Assembly (NCBI RefSeq): GCF_004010195.1
Contig: NC_057719.1
Location: 74,588,043 to 74,652,042, forward strand
Direction: 5' to 3'
DNA: 64,000 nucleotides
Source of the DNA: Chiloscyllium plagiosum
Taxonomy: Eukaryota
Part shown: one piece after another, positions 47,831 to 60,005 of the stretch
Position numbering within the stretch: position 1 is the stretch's first letter
Layout: each line of letters begins with the position of its first letter
The notes under the pieces: model-generated
What the model saw: only the letters and a program-made list of their open reading frames with translations
Told to the model about the DNA's origin: nothing
The model's database searches: none
Made by a program: the position numbers and the translations under genes

Positions 47831-49099
47831 TTTTACGAGATAATCAATATGCAATTTTCTGCAGTTACCATGGTTGGCTTGTACAGAAGTTAGGTTTCTG
47901 AAGTTCCATGGGAAATTTTGTGTGTGTACATTCTATATTCAGGAGGATGGTGACAATGCAATCTTACATTTTAGATGAGTAATGCTTACTATACTATTGA
48001 CCAGGTTCTCCTGGTAACTATTGTCACCTGTAAATTTACACTTTTCAGTTAAGTGATGACCAACTAGTAACTTTCCTCCTTGGAAGTGGGAGGCAATCAC
48101 AATGAAGTGGTTTTAAAATGATGTGATGTCTGAAGTCAGCACAGTGTAGTTTGTTTAATAATAGTGTCTGAATCCAATGCAAGTACAGGACTCCTGGGTA
48201 CTAGAGATGTCCAACTAACCAGTCTGGCTTACTACTGGAGCCAGGAGGGACAATCCTATCACCGGAGGCTGAACCTTTCCAAATTTGCTTCAAATAACCC
48301 TGCAATTCTGTCTTAATAATTTGGCTGGTCCAAATTATAAATTTACAAAGTCTTTGCACTCCTGAATTGCAGAAATATTCCAAGACATACCCGAGCAGTC
48401 CAAAACCGTAGCTTTACCTTTTTGGATCTAAGCTCTTTGGATTTGGATAAATTGGCATGTCTCCTTGGGCTGGGATTCCAAGGTGACCAAAAAAATCTAA
48501 ATGGCTTCCATTAGTATACTTTAAACAGATGCAACTAAGAATATCACATACAACTAAAAACAATTCAAGTGTTCTTTTATATTATGAATAATTACTTTTT
48601 CATTGGTTGCTTGTTGTTCCACCAGTTTAATCCAATGGATGATAATTCATGCTATCTTGCCAAACTACCTTATGCTTTAATTAATGCAATGCTATGGAAT
48701 TCCTGATTATTCAATTAAATTTTACTGATCCCAGAAGGGACTGAGACTGGCAGACACTTCAAATTAATTTATCCAGATGCGTTATGAGACACCTCTGGAG
48801 AAGATGGGACTTGAACCCAGGACTTTAGAAGGGATTTGTACAATTAGAATTGGAACACATTCTTTTAATTATACAGCAATAAAGGAAAAGACGCATATCT
48901 ATTGTGACTTTGGACAAGTCAGAGTCTATTAAACGAAGCAATACAAATGTACAGAACTAAAATGCACTACCAAAGTTATGAATGATATGTATGTTCAATA
49001 TTTTTAAAAAAACTTTCATCTTTTCCCTCAAAGCTATCTATTCACCCAAATAGACATTCTCTATATACCAGCAGGCAATTCAGTCAGATACTCCAGACA

Positions 49100-49780
49100 A
49101 CCGTATTTCGGCCAACAATTATTGTCCATTCCTAATCAACTTTAGATGATGCTGCTGAGCAGTCCACTATGCTGTTAGGAAGGTGGTTAGAGGGTTCTGA
49201 CCCAGCGATAGTGAAAAAATTGCACTATCCTTCCATGTCAGAATGGTGTGTGTCTTGGAAAAGAATTTGCTCTTGGTATTCCAAGACATCTGCTACCTTG
49301 TCTTTTTAAGTGGTACAGGTCAAGGGTTTGAACGCTGATGTCAAAGGAGCCATGGTAATCTGCTGCAGTGCATCTTGCAGATGGCACACTTAACTATTAT
49401 TTTGTGTCAGATAGTGAATGTTGAAGGTGTTACATAGAATTCCAATCAAGCAGGCTGGTTTTGTTTTTTTGAGTGTTGTTGAAGCTGTACTCATCCAGGC
49501 AAATGGAGGTAGTTCCATCACACTCTTAACTTGTTCCTTGTAGTTGGTTGATAGGCTTTTGAAATTAGGTAGTGATTTATTTGCCACAAAATACTTAGCC
49601 TCTGACCTGCTTTAGTAGCCACAGTATTTATACGGCTGATTCAGTTCAGTTTCTAGTCCAAACTAATCCATAGGATACTAACAAGGGATTCAGCGATAGC
49701 AATACCATTGAATGTCAAGGTGAAATGGTTAGATTGTTTCTTGTTGGAGACGGTTATTGCTTGGCACTTTTGTGACACTA
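49100..49780 (-). mobile_element. Decayed LINE fragment (same family as 9280-10220)
   Basis: YKEQVKSVMEL..AWMSTASTTLKK remnant. Confidence 0.7.
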
Positions 49781-50432
49781 ATATTATCATTCGATTAAAT
49801 GCTACATTCACATTGCGTTCAGTGAAGTCTGCATCTTTTCATTTTCCTGTAGTTTTGATTGTGGACTGAAATGGGAAAAAGGACTCATTTTAAAAGCCAA
49901 GAATTGTTAAAAGATTGCTGCACTTTTTAAAAAAATAAGTTACCAGACACTCATTGTAAGCGCTGTTTACACATCTGTTTGTGCAAACAGTGGGGGCGAA
50001 ATCTCGTTGCAGATGAGTTGGAGCCAAGGGATTTGTACAAATCGAGATTCAGTCAGCAACAGTTATTGACGATAAGGCCTTTCTACCGGTCAGCAACTAT
50101 GTGATTGGCTCTGGGTTATCTGGACATCTTGTGGATGTGAATGTTGATGGGTGAAACCATCAGACCTCTAGAGGGAAGGAGCTATTTTTCTACTACAGTA
50201 AAAAGAATCTCAAGCTTGAAGTTAGCCAGTTTATTTCCTTTCATTAATTGCTGTAATCTGTGACTTTTAACAATCAGAAACCTTCATAAACCTTGAAGCA
50301 GTTACTCTATGCCTCCTGCAAACAAGTGGAAGATCAAGGAGCAATACCCTGACATGCCAAATAGATCAGTGAACAGGGATAATTGAACTGCTTTTCCCAT
50401 CTTTCTCTCTGCCCATAATACCCATGTTTTCC

Positions 50433-50434
<2 letters not shown>

Positions 50435-50479
<45 letters not shown>

Positions 50480-50497
50480 ATACATATGTGTGTGTGC
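50435..50497. repeat. (TG)n microsatellite
   Basis: Direct read. Confidence 0.95.
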
Positions 50498-53400
50498 ATG
50501 CATCTTTAAGCTGATTTATAAGCCAGTTATAGTTTTAACTAATACAGTTATATGATATGATGCATAATTACCTGTAGCTAGAAGCTATTTCGTTGTAATA
50601 AATGGCATTTTTTGCTTACTAAAGCAACTTGGTCCATCCTTTCTGTCAAGCTGGGTCTAATTTTTGTGAAAACTCCAGGAACAGCGGGGGCCTGATGTCT
50701 ACTGCACTACCCAAATGATGTCTAACTATTCTTACACTCCAATCTCTTGCCCACACCCCCAAAACAACACTTTTTGTGAAGAAATCTGTGTAAAGAAATA
50801 TTGTCACAAGAGTTATAAAGTTAAAAGAGTTACTTTTCACTGAAAGCTTGTAGTTTAGAAGTACATCTTTTATAAAAGAGAGAGGTCAAAGCAGTTCACA
50901 ATAGTTCAGCCACACATCCTAGACAAGTTAGGACTTTGTTCTTTTTACGAAAACAAAGATTCACTGATTTAAAAAAACACAAGCCTCGTAACTAACATTT
51001 TTGTTTTACACTGTCTAAAAATATGATATAACGTAAGGTTTGACAACTGAACTACATTTAGAATCAAAATTTTCCAATTCAGTCATATTCTAATCTTATA
51101 ACATTAAGGAAAATTTTAACCAACCATGACATCATCAGCAAGATTCGCCTTCTGGTGATCTGAGGGGCCCTCTGACTTACATGGAATTTGACATGAAAAC
51201 TTCCTTAGAATTGAAGAGGATTGTCTTTCACATGAATTATGAGTAATCAAAAGCAAATCTGGAGCATAAAAAGGAGGGATCTCATTACAGTTAAGAGATC
51301 ACCCTCATCCAAAAGAAATTAATTACACAGGCTGAAAATCTACGATAAACATTCAGCAGCAAACCAAATAAAGGAAATTCACTTAAAGAACTTAGGGGCT
51401 TGTCAATCACTCAAGGTTACCATTACTTTAATATTTGATAGATAACCCATTTAAAATATTTTTAACTGAATAATTAAAGTTTAAAACTAGATTTATGAGA
51501 AATAAAGCTATATCACCTTCCTTTTTCCTAAAATCTAATGTTGCAATTTACTGTTTTCACTTAGACTTCGAGTATCATGCCATTTTCAGTTCGTTAATAA
51601 ACTTTTTATATCATTTAGATTTGTTTTATCTCTCAGTCCCCTTTTTCATTAACATGAGAACCTGAATCCACACTCCTTTATTTTTGTGTGTTGGAGAAGA
51701 GATGAAGGAATTATTATGCAGGATCTTATAAAATTCATGAAAATTAAGATCTGCTTTTAACTTATTAAAAAGACTAGAGGGCATTGTTAATCTGGGCTAG
51801 CCCTTTATCTTTAGGAAGAGATTGATCAATCATTTAGTCCTAGTTAAGTATCTTTAGGTTCAAACTTTCTCAATATCAAGTTGAGGAAGTTAACAACTAA
51901 TCGAGGATTGTCAAACTATAACACATCACATCTTATTTACTTGCTGTTAGCGAGGTGGCTCAGATTTTGCCTTCTCATAGAACTTCTAAGTTTCCTCAAC
52001 AGTCAAAATGATGGTGGTTGATTAAACAGTCTTGTTTGAACACTAACTCGTCAAAAACAAAATACCAACTAAACTACCGTATTTAGCTAATAAGTTGAGG
52101 AAAGAAAACTCATACTATCCCTCAAGTCGAACCAACTGCTATCGTAGGGTTACTTCTCGAATGCTATGCTCAGCATGGATTTCACAAACATTGAAATGAT
52201 CTGCACATTGCAGGCAGCTCAGTCAAGAGCTACAGGACTTATTCGTGAATTTTGAAAGCTTGGACTTGAGGAAATTTATCTTGGGAATTTATGGAGGAGG
52301 AGGATAAAGAGATATTTGTAAATAATCATGCTATAATAACAGTTAAGATTGTGATAAAAACTTACAACTTTCCATTTAAAAGCGTCCAATGAAGGGCTCT
52401 TGAGAATTACTTCAGTCACCTATTGTTCACAATATCTTTTAAAAGCATTCCAAATTAGACTTGGGAACCAATCTAGTTTTGTTAACAATGCTCGGGAGAC
52501 TGAGCAGTGCTTACCAGAACTAGGTCCAGAAATTACATAATATCAGTAATTTTGGAGTCCCAAAAAATCCACATGTGCTGACTGGTGAAAACATGGACTT
52601 CTTCATTCACAGCATTCTCTGAATAAACTACAAAATAAAACCAAATCGCAATCATCTTGATATTTACTTTGACAAAAGAACGCTAGAGCAGTCATCATTG
52701 AGCACCATTATTTCATTAAGAATTGTTGTAATTACATAGCTTGTACAAAAAGTAAATGTTAAAAAGTTTACAAATCACAAAACAACCTCTTCTAGTTGAC
52801 ATACTTCGATACAAATACATTGCTTATTCTTGGATGGGTCAACATTTACGGTACACTGAGGCACTCATGTTATGACAATATGATGGCCGGCTTGTACAAT
52901 GTAAAGAAAACTATTCCATGTTTTATGAACATATATTGACATTGGTAAATTATACATATTAGCCAAATTTTTAAAACAACTTAAAGCAATTGCAAAGTAT
53001 TATTATTTTGGTATTCAAGGATTTATGCTCTTCAATTCACTATAACACATCCAATTCATGTCTTATGCCACATATACAACAGTTAGCTAATACTACTACA
53101 AGTTGATAAATGTTCTCAGTTGAATTTTCTTTGCATCTCATTCGAAAATGTAACAGTTCCATTTATACTGCAATTAGTTCTATGCAACCCAGAGTACATT
53201 AGAGCATAGGAGGCAACCTTTCAGCCCATCCCATCTCCATTGGTTCTTTGCTAGACCAATACAAAGCCAATCCTACTGCATGAATTTCTCTCTGTAGCTC
53301 TTTATTTTGCTCAAATGATAGATTAATGATAATTAATCTATCAATAATCTCAAACTGATCCATATTCTGTTCTAGAGCATTCCATATTTCAAGTAGCAAA

Positions 53401-53597
53401 GATTCTCTTCAACCTTCTTCACTCTCACCATTTTAAATTGATGGCCTTTTGTTATTGACCAAATGAAAAAGTATTTCCCTTTTCACATTATCAAATTCTT
53501 CAGTCAGCCTCTGGATGAAGGCGTTACCTAGTATTGTGACGAAACGTTTGAAAATCCAGAACCTCAACCTGAGTACAAATCTTCTCAAAACTCGCTA

Positions 53598-53890
53598 ACC
53601 TGGGTTCAATTCCAAACTCGGGTGACTGTGTGGAGTTTGCATGTTCTCCCACGTCTGTGTTGGTTTCCTCTGGATGGTCGGGTTTCCTCCCACGTCCATA
53701 GATGTGCACGTTAGGTGGGTTGGCCATGCTAAATTGCCCATAGTGTCCAGAGATGTGTAGGTTAGGTGGATTAGCCAAGGGAATGTGGGGTTATGGGGCT
53801 AGGGTAGGGTCTTCATGGAATTGTCTTTGGAGGGATGGTACGGATTCGATTGGCCAAATGGCCTGCTTCTTCACTGTAGGGATTCTATGA
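53598..53890 (+). mobile_element. HE1-type SINE, preceded by a Penelope-like terminal fragment (~53510-53597)
   Basis: SINE core; upstream gttacctagtattgtgacgaaacg stem-loop. Confidence 0.75.
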
Positions 53891-54997
53891 ATTTATTCTT
53901 TCTGCTTCCTTTGGCTTCACTGTACTTTCTAAAACTAAGTTTTAATGACACTAATACTTTCAGGAAATCCTAGCTCTTTGAATTTTTGCTCTCAGTTCAT
54001 GCAGACCCTCTCTCCTTTAAATGTTCACTCCATTCCTTGTTTCTCATTAAAAATTAACAACTCACATTTATCCATGTTAAACTGCATCTATCACTTGTCT
54101 CAGCATTACATTGCATAGCCTTCTCACTGTTCGTTAGCTTCTTAGTTTATTGGGGCCAACAAACTTTAAATTGTGATAGCCAGTGACATCTAAATATGAT
54201 TTCATATTTAAATCATGTATACATAGTGGGAAAGTGAATCCAAAACTGTTTTGTGGAATACATCAATCCCAACCAATTCTCCAATTTCAACAACCATTTT
54301 TTAACTCACTGTTCATAGTCTGGCAATCAAATTTTAATCCTATTGAATTTCTACTGTGCTATAGGTTCTTCATATTATTTAGAAAGTTGGATTGCAAAGT
54401 GGACAGAATAATGTATAAGTTTAAATTTGATCTGTATTTATTTATTGTGGGTTAAAGAAGGTTTTAACTTTGCTTGAGTTTTGAGATGTGTTAGTTTGTT
54501 TGGAAAATTGTTTGCATGCATTTAAATGAGGCTTGAAAACAGCCTTTAAGTTTTGTGGTACAGGAGAGAAATAAAATTGGGCTGTTGCATTGCAAAATGC
54601 ATCTAGAGAACTTTCAACATTGCATAGTTATAATCTTACTTCACTAGTGGGCAATTATTGGGAAAAATTCTAAACGACAGTATATACTATGTTTTAAAAA
54701 GACACAGATTCATCATGTCAGCATTGAATTGCAAGAAGGTTGTGTTTGACTAAATTAATTATCATTTTCACAAGGTAACGAGGAAGGTTGATGACAGTAA
54801 CGTGCTTGGTGAAATCTATGTGGATTTTAGAAGGCTTTTAGCAAGATCCCTTTGGACAAACTGGTCAGAAAAGTAAAAGACCGATTGGATCCAGAAGTAG
54901 CTTAGTGGCAGAAATCAGACCTTTGATAAACAGGTGCATTTATGATCAAAAGGCTGTTTCCAGAAAGATTTTGCAATGCTCAGTTCTCAGTAACAAT

Positions 54998-55298
54998 TAG
55001 TTAGATTACTTAGAGTGTGGAAACAGGCCCTTCAGCCCAACAAGTCCACACCGACCCGCCGAAGCGCAACCCACCCAGACCCATTCCCCTACATTTACCC
55101 CTTCACCTAACACTACAGGCAATTTAGCATGGCCAATTCACCTAACCTGCACATTTTTGGATATTGGGAGGAAACCGGAGCACCCAGACACAGGGAGAAT
55201 GTGCAAACTCCACACAGAGTCACACTGAGGCAGGAATTGAACCCGGGTCTCTGGCGCTGTGAGGCAGCAGTGCTAACCACTGTGCCACCGTGTCGCCC
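54998..55298 (-). mobile_element. HE1-type SINE inserted in an old CR1 fragment (~54650-55560)
   Basis: Reverse complement of the SINE consensus seen in the window; ACAAT on both flanks. Confidence 0.85.
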
Positions 55299-57381
55299 AC
55301 AATGATTCCTGAAGGTATAAGACAGGTATAATAGATTTTTAAGAAGGTTTTCCTGTATTAGCCAAGGCATATAACCTGAGTACAGATAGGTTGTGCCAGA
55401 TCCATATGAAACACTTATTATGTCACACCTAGCGTACTACGTAGGGTTTGGATATTGCATCACATTTTCAGGAGAGGGAGGATAGATTTAAAATAACTGG
55501 CAGGTTTAAAAGGGTTGAATTTTATTTTCCCACAGAGCGTAGGGGTTTGCAATTCACAGCCATAACTTTATGTTTTGTGTTATCTGGTCTCTGCCATCTC
55601 CTTTCTCAGAACACAGCTTAAGTTGTTAACTACGTGGTACTGCTGACTATCATAGTCAAGTTCTGCTAATCTTTCCAGAAGCAACGCTTCTCTAACAATT
55701 GATAAGTAGTTTCTTCCAGTACATTTTTATTTGAATTGGACCTGCTTTATTTAAAAACAAGCATATTATTTATTTAATGCTGCAGTCATATCTTCCCCCT
55801 TAAAAATTAGATTCCTTTTCATTCTTCAACAGCACAATCTCTAATTTGTGTTATTCTCTAAATGCTTACAAATCCGTATTGTTTCTTTTTAGGTTATTGT
55901 TCAGCTTTTAATATTCTCCTTCAGGTGTGATAAATCTCCCTCTTCACCTTGCAAATGCATATTCTGTATTCTTAAATGGTTTTCTTAGCATTTTTGTCTG
56001 AATATGATCACATGCCTCCCTATTAAATTGATTTAATTTTATTAATCTAGGATGGAGTAATGACTACATTCTTAAAAAGAATCCTTCACATGCACTTCTT
56101 TTACTCTACTTTAAATCACCCAATACTGTCATCCTATTGCTTGTGCATATTTCACAACTGGAATAGAAATGACAGTGAAAGTTCGAAAGTAAGCCAGCAA
56201 CTTAATTATAATTCATCATTAACTTTATAGTTAGTGAGGCACAAAATAAATCCACCCTCCCATTCTTTTACATGGGACATGTTATTATACTTTTATGTTC
56301 CATTGATTTTTAATGTTTGAAACTAAGCAAAATTAAAGAAATATCCCAAGATTCCTATAATAGACGTCTCTTTAATATCTATCAACAAAATACATCCTTC
56401 ATTCACCCACAGTTCTCCTCTATTCCAAAAGCCATCTAAATTAGATGGCCTTAGCATTTGAGACTTTAGAGGGACCACCATTTAAAGTAGGTAGATAGGT
56501 CAACTTGTAGCCAAGATAAGATCGTACAAAATTTGGATCAGTGATTTAATCTTCTGAAAATAACAACAATGGATTTGAGGCCAACTACATAAATTGAGTT
56601 CTTTTAAAAAACGAAGTATTTAAAAGAAACAATTACATTTTGCAGATAATCGTTTCTGGGCGTCATCTACTGCAAGGTCCAACTTTGTCATGATACTCCT
56701 TTACAAAATATCATGGAAAAAGTGTTCTGAAATCATTTTTACCTGATTATAAATATGTTCCGAAGATCATCTTTATGCTTCTGCAGTAGGTCAGATAAAC
56801 GCTTCAAAGATTTGCACTCAGAAATACTGCACATATCAGTGAATTTCAATATGTGAAATTAATACTCATGTTCCGGCTTAGTGAATTCACAGCTCACATT
56901 TCACATTGCTTTGAGATGATCAATTTGGGATTTCAAGTAAATATCTTTGCATTAAAGACTGGATTGAAAAATATGAACAAATTGTAGTGCAGTAATCATA
57001 AATGATCACAAAATATCAAATCTTACATCAACAGAACTTCTGAACTAGCTAGACACTTTGAAAAGTTCTGGTTAAACTATTTTGAAGATTTGTTATGATA
57101 CTGATGGATGAATATTAATCAAATAGATTTTTAGCACACGATCAGGCTATTTAGTCAGCAGGCCTATGCCAATGTTTATCCTCCAGGAGACTCCACAAAC
57201 CTCACTTCATCTCAGTCTATCAAACTATCCTTCCAATTCTTTTCATAGTTGATTCTTACCAAATGTTCCCTTAAAATCCTGTTTCATTCTTTAAGAAACT
57301 TGTGAAAGGATAATAATGGATCTATTGTGCCAGTGTTAAAAAAAAAGTCAAATTTAATTAACAAAAAAAAATTCAACTTAC

Positions 57382-57452
57382 CCTTCATTTTTGTTTCTGT
57401 GTGCATCTACAAATGTAACTTCTCCAGCCTGCCTCATTAAGTCCTTCAAATC
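57382..57452 (-). CDS. SRSF5: SRSF5-C exon 6: DLKDLMRQAGEVTFVDAHRNKNE(G)
   Basis: 71 nt (one codon shorter than A/B), gtaagt donor. Confidence 0.92.
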
Positions 57453-57840
57453 CTATTCACAATAAGAACAATATATTTTAGTTTACTGGGATACATGTTG
57501 ATACTTACAGATTGCACTTCAAAGCATACTGAACCAAGCATTTTAAAGTTTCCAGTGACAGAACTAGACATTTCATCATGGGTGAACATCTGTTCGTTTT
57601 GTTTCAAGGTGTCTGGTAACTTAAGAAAACATTGGCATCACTTTTATAATTTCCATTTGAATGACTGGATAGCATGCATAAACATCTTCCCTTGCTGGAG
57701 GTATGGCGACCCTCAGGTTAACACCTATACCAATCATTTTTTGCTAATGATTTAATTCATTACTGTACTTTCTTTCTATTAGTCCTTGGCAAATCACTTT
57801 ACAAAGCTTAGATGCCACCCAATCAGCAGTATTGCCTTAC

Positions 57841-58058
57841 CAGAGAATCATTCAAAACTTTGCTGATTATCTTTGGCATTTTGGAGAGGTCATTTGTTCA
57901 TGTTTTTGGATCCACATTTGTTCATGAAAAGGCAAAGCACTACAAAATTCCGAGCCAGCATTAGTTTTCCTTTACTATACAAATCCTCCAAACAACACAC
58001 TACCAAAGTCTTATTAGTTCAATTAGAAGCAAAAGCACTCGAGATAAGGGTAGAACAC
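57841..58058 (-). other. Candidate diverged poison exon of SRSF5-C; in frame gives VFYPYLECFCF* (TAA at 58025-58023)
   Basis: Acceptor ttaaccttttttgcatgtttcctgtcaaccag and donor CTG|gtaagg. Residual similarity to the 5' end of the A/B poison exon. Confidence 0.55.
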
Positions 58059-58279
58059 CTGGTTGACAGGAAACATGCAAAAAAGGTTAACCAAGGCTGT
58101 TGTCAATGATGTCCCAGCTTCTCAGGCATCCATTTAAATTTTAACATGAAATATATTATGGGTGTCAACCTACTGACAAATTAGCCCAGCAAGAGCTTCC
58201 ATAGGTCTCTCAATTATATGCAAACAAATGAAGGAAACCAAAATATAAAATAAAAAGCCTAAACTGATCAAAATAATTT

Positions 58280-58505
58280 AAAACTAAAGAACTGTGGATG
58301 CTAGAAATCAGAAATTGTTGGAAAAACGTAGGACGGTCTGGCAGCATCTGTGGAGAGAAAGCAAAGTTAAATGTTTCGGTCCAAGTTGCCCTTCTTCACA
58401 ACAGTTCAGAATGTTCTGAAGAAGGGTCACTGGATCTGAAAGATTAGCCCTGCTTTCTCTCCACAGGTGCTGCTAGACCTGCTGAGTTTTTCTAGCAATT
58501 TCTGA
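58280..58505. mobile_element. Penelope-like hairpin remnant with a decayed hammerhead core (CTGAAGAAGGGTCACTGGATCTGAAA, 58416-58441)
   Basis: Imperfect inverted arms around the core. Confidence 0.6.
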
Positions 58506-58609
58506 CTTGGTACCAAAATACTTTTTTTGGTTAACCAAATAACAGCCAGTTAAAAACAGAGTTCAGACACATTTGGGAAGAGTTGGATAAATATATCCAT
58601 TTTGTTCCA

Positions 58610-58923
58610 TTAGATTAGATTAGATTAGATTACAGTGTGGAAACAGGCCCTTCTGCCCAACAAGTCCACACCGACCCACCGAAGCGAAACCCACCCATGC
58701 CCCTACATTTACCCCTTACCTAACACTACGGGCAATTTAGCATGGCCAATTTACCTGACCTGCACATCTTTGGATGGTGGGAGGAAACCGGAGCACCCGG
58801 AGGAAACCCACGCAGACACGGGGAGAACGTGCAAACTCCGCACAGTCAGTCGCCTGAGGCGGGAATTGAACCCGGGTCTCTGGCGCTGTGAGGCAGCAGT
58901 GCTAACCACTGTGCCACCGTGCC
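58610..58923 (-). mobile_element. Young full-length HE1-type SINE with candidate TSD GTTCCA
   Basis: Collinear with 24854-25171; (TTAGA)4 tail; GTTCCA at 58604-58609 and 58924-58929. Confidence 0.9.
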
Positions 58924-59657
58924 GTTCCAATGAAATGTCAACTCTGTTCTCCTCCAAATGCTGCCTGACCCTGCTCAGTATTTGCAATCTTTGATATTTT
59001 TACAATAAATGGCTAAGCAATTCCTCCGAAGTTGTAGAGTCAGACTTAAATTGAGTCCAGGTATAAATGAAGTAGCAACAATTTGAAAAACACTCTCTGT
59101 ACTTAGCACCTTTAGTACAATAAGGTGTTCCAAGGTGCTTCAGAGGAACATGATAAAATAAATTAACACCAAGCATGAGTTGGTGGCAGGACACATATCT
59201 AAAGGCTGGTCAAAAAAGAGGGTTTCAAGGAGTATCACAGAAGAGGATATGGAGGCAGAGGGATTTATACAATTCGAGAACTTAAGGTTAGGGCAACTGA
59301 ATCTACACCCACTAATTGTAGAATGATTAAAATCTGGAATGCTTAAGATGCCAGAACTAGAAGAGCACAGTATCTTGGATAGTTGTGGTGCTGGAGAAGA
59401 TTACAGATGTGAAAAAGTATGAAGTTTTGGAGCTGTTTCAAACTAAGTATGAAAATTTTAAATCAAGATGTTACTTGAGCAGGAACCAAATGTCGCAAGT
59501 ACACAAATGATATGTAATGGGACATGGTGCAAGGCAGGATGTTGGCAGCAGTTTGAATTACCTCAAGCTTAAGGAGAGTCGAATGTAGGAGACTAACCAG
59601 GACAGCATTAGAGTAAATAAGAGTAGGAGTGACAAAGGCACAAATGAGGGTTACACT

Positions 59658-60005
59658 AGGGGTGGCATAGTGGCTCATTGGTTAGCACTGCAGCGCCAGG
59701 GACCCTGGTTCGATTCCAGCCTCAGGTGAGTGTCTGTGTGGAATTTGCACATTCTCCCAGTGTCCATATAGGTTTCTTTCGTATGCTCCGGTTTCCTCCC
59801 ACAGTCCAGAGATGTGCAGGTTAGGTGGATTGGCGATTCTAAATTGTCCATGATATACAAGGATGTGTAGGATAGATGGATTACCATGGGAAATGCAGGG
59901 TTACAGGGATATGGTAGAGAAGTGGGTCTGGGTGGGATGCTCTTCAGAGGGTCAGTATGGACTTAAAGGGATGAATAGCCTGCTTCCAGACTGTAGGGAT
60001 TCTTT
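59658..60005 (+). mobile_element. Diverged HE1-type SINE
   Basis: Head and core similarity. Confidence 0.75.

Noticed and set aside
50302..50499. HT-repeat ORF
   Set aside because: Translation of the (TG)n microsatellite.
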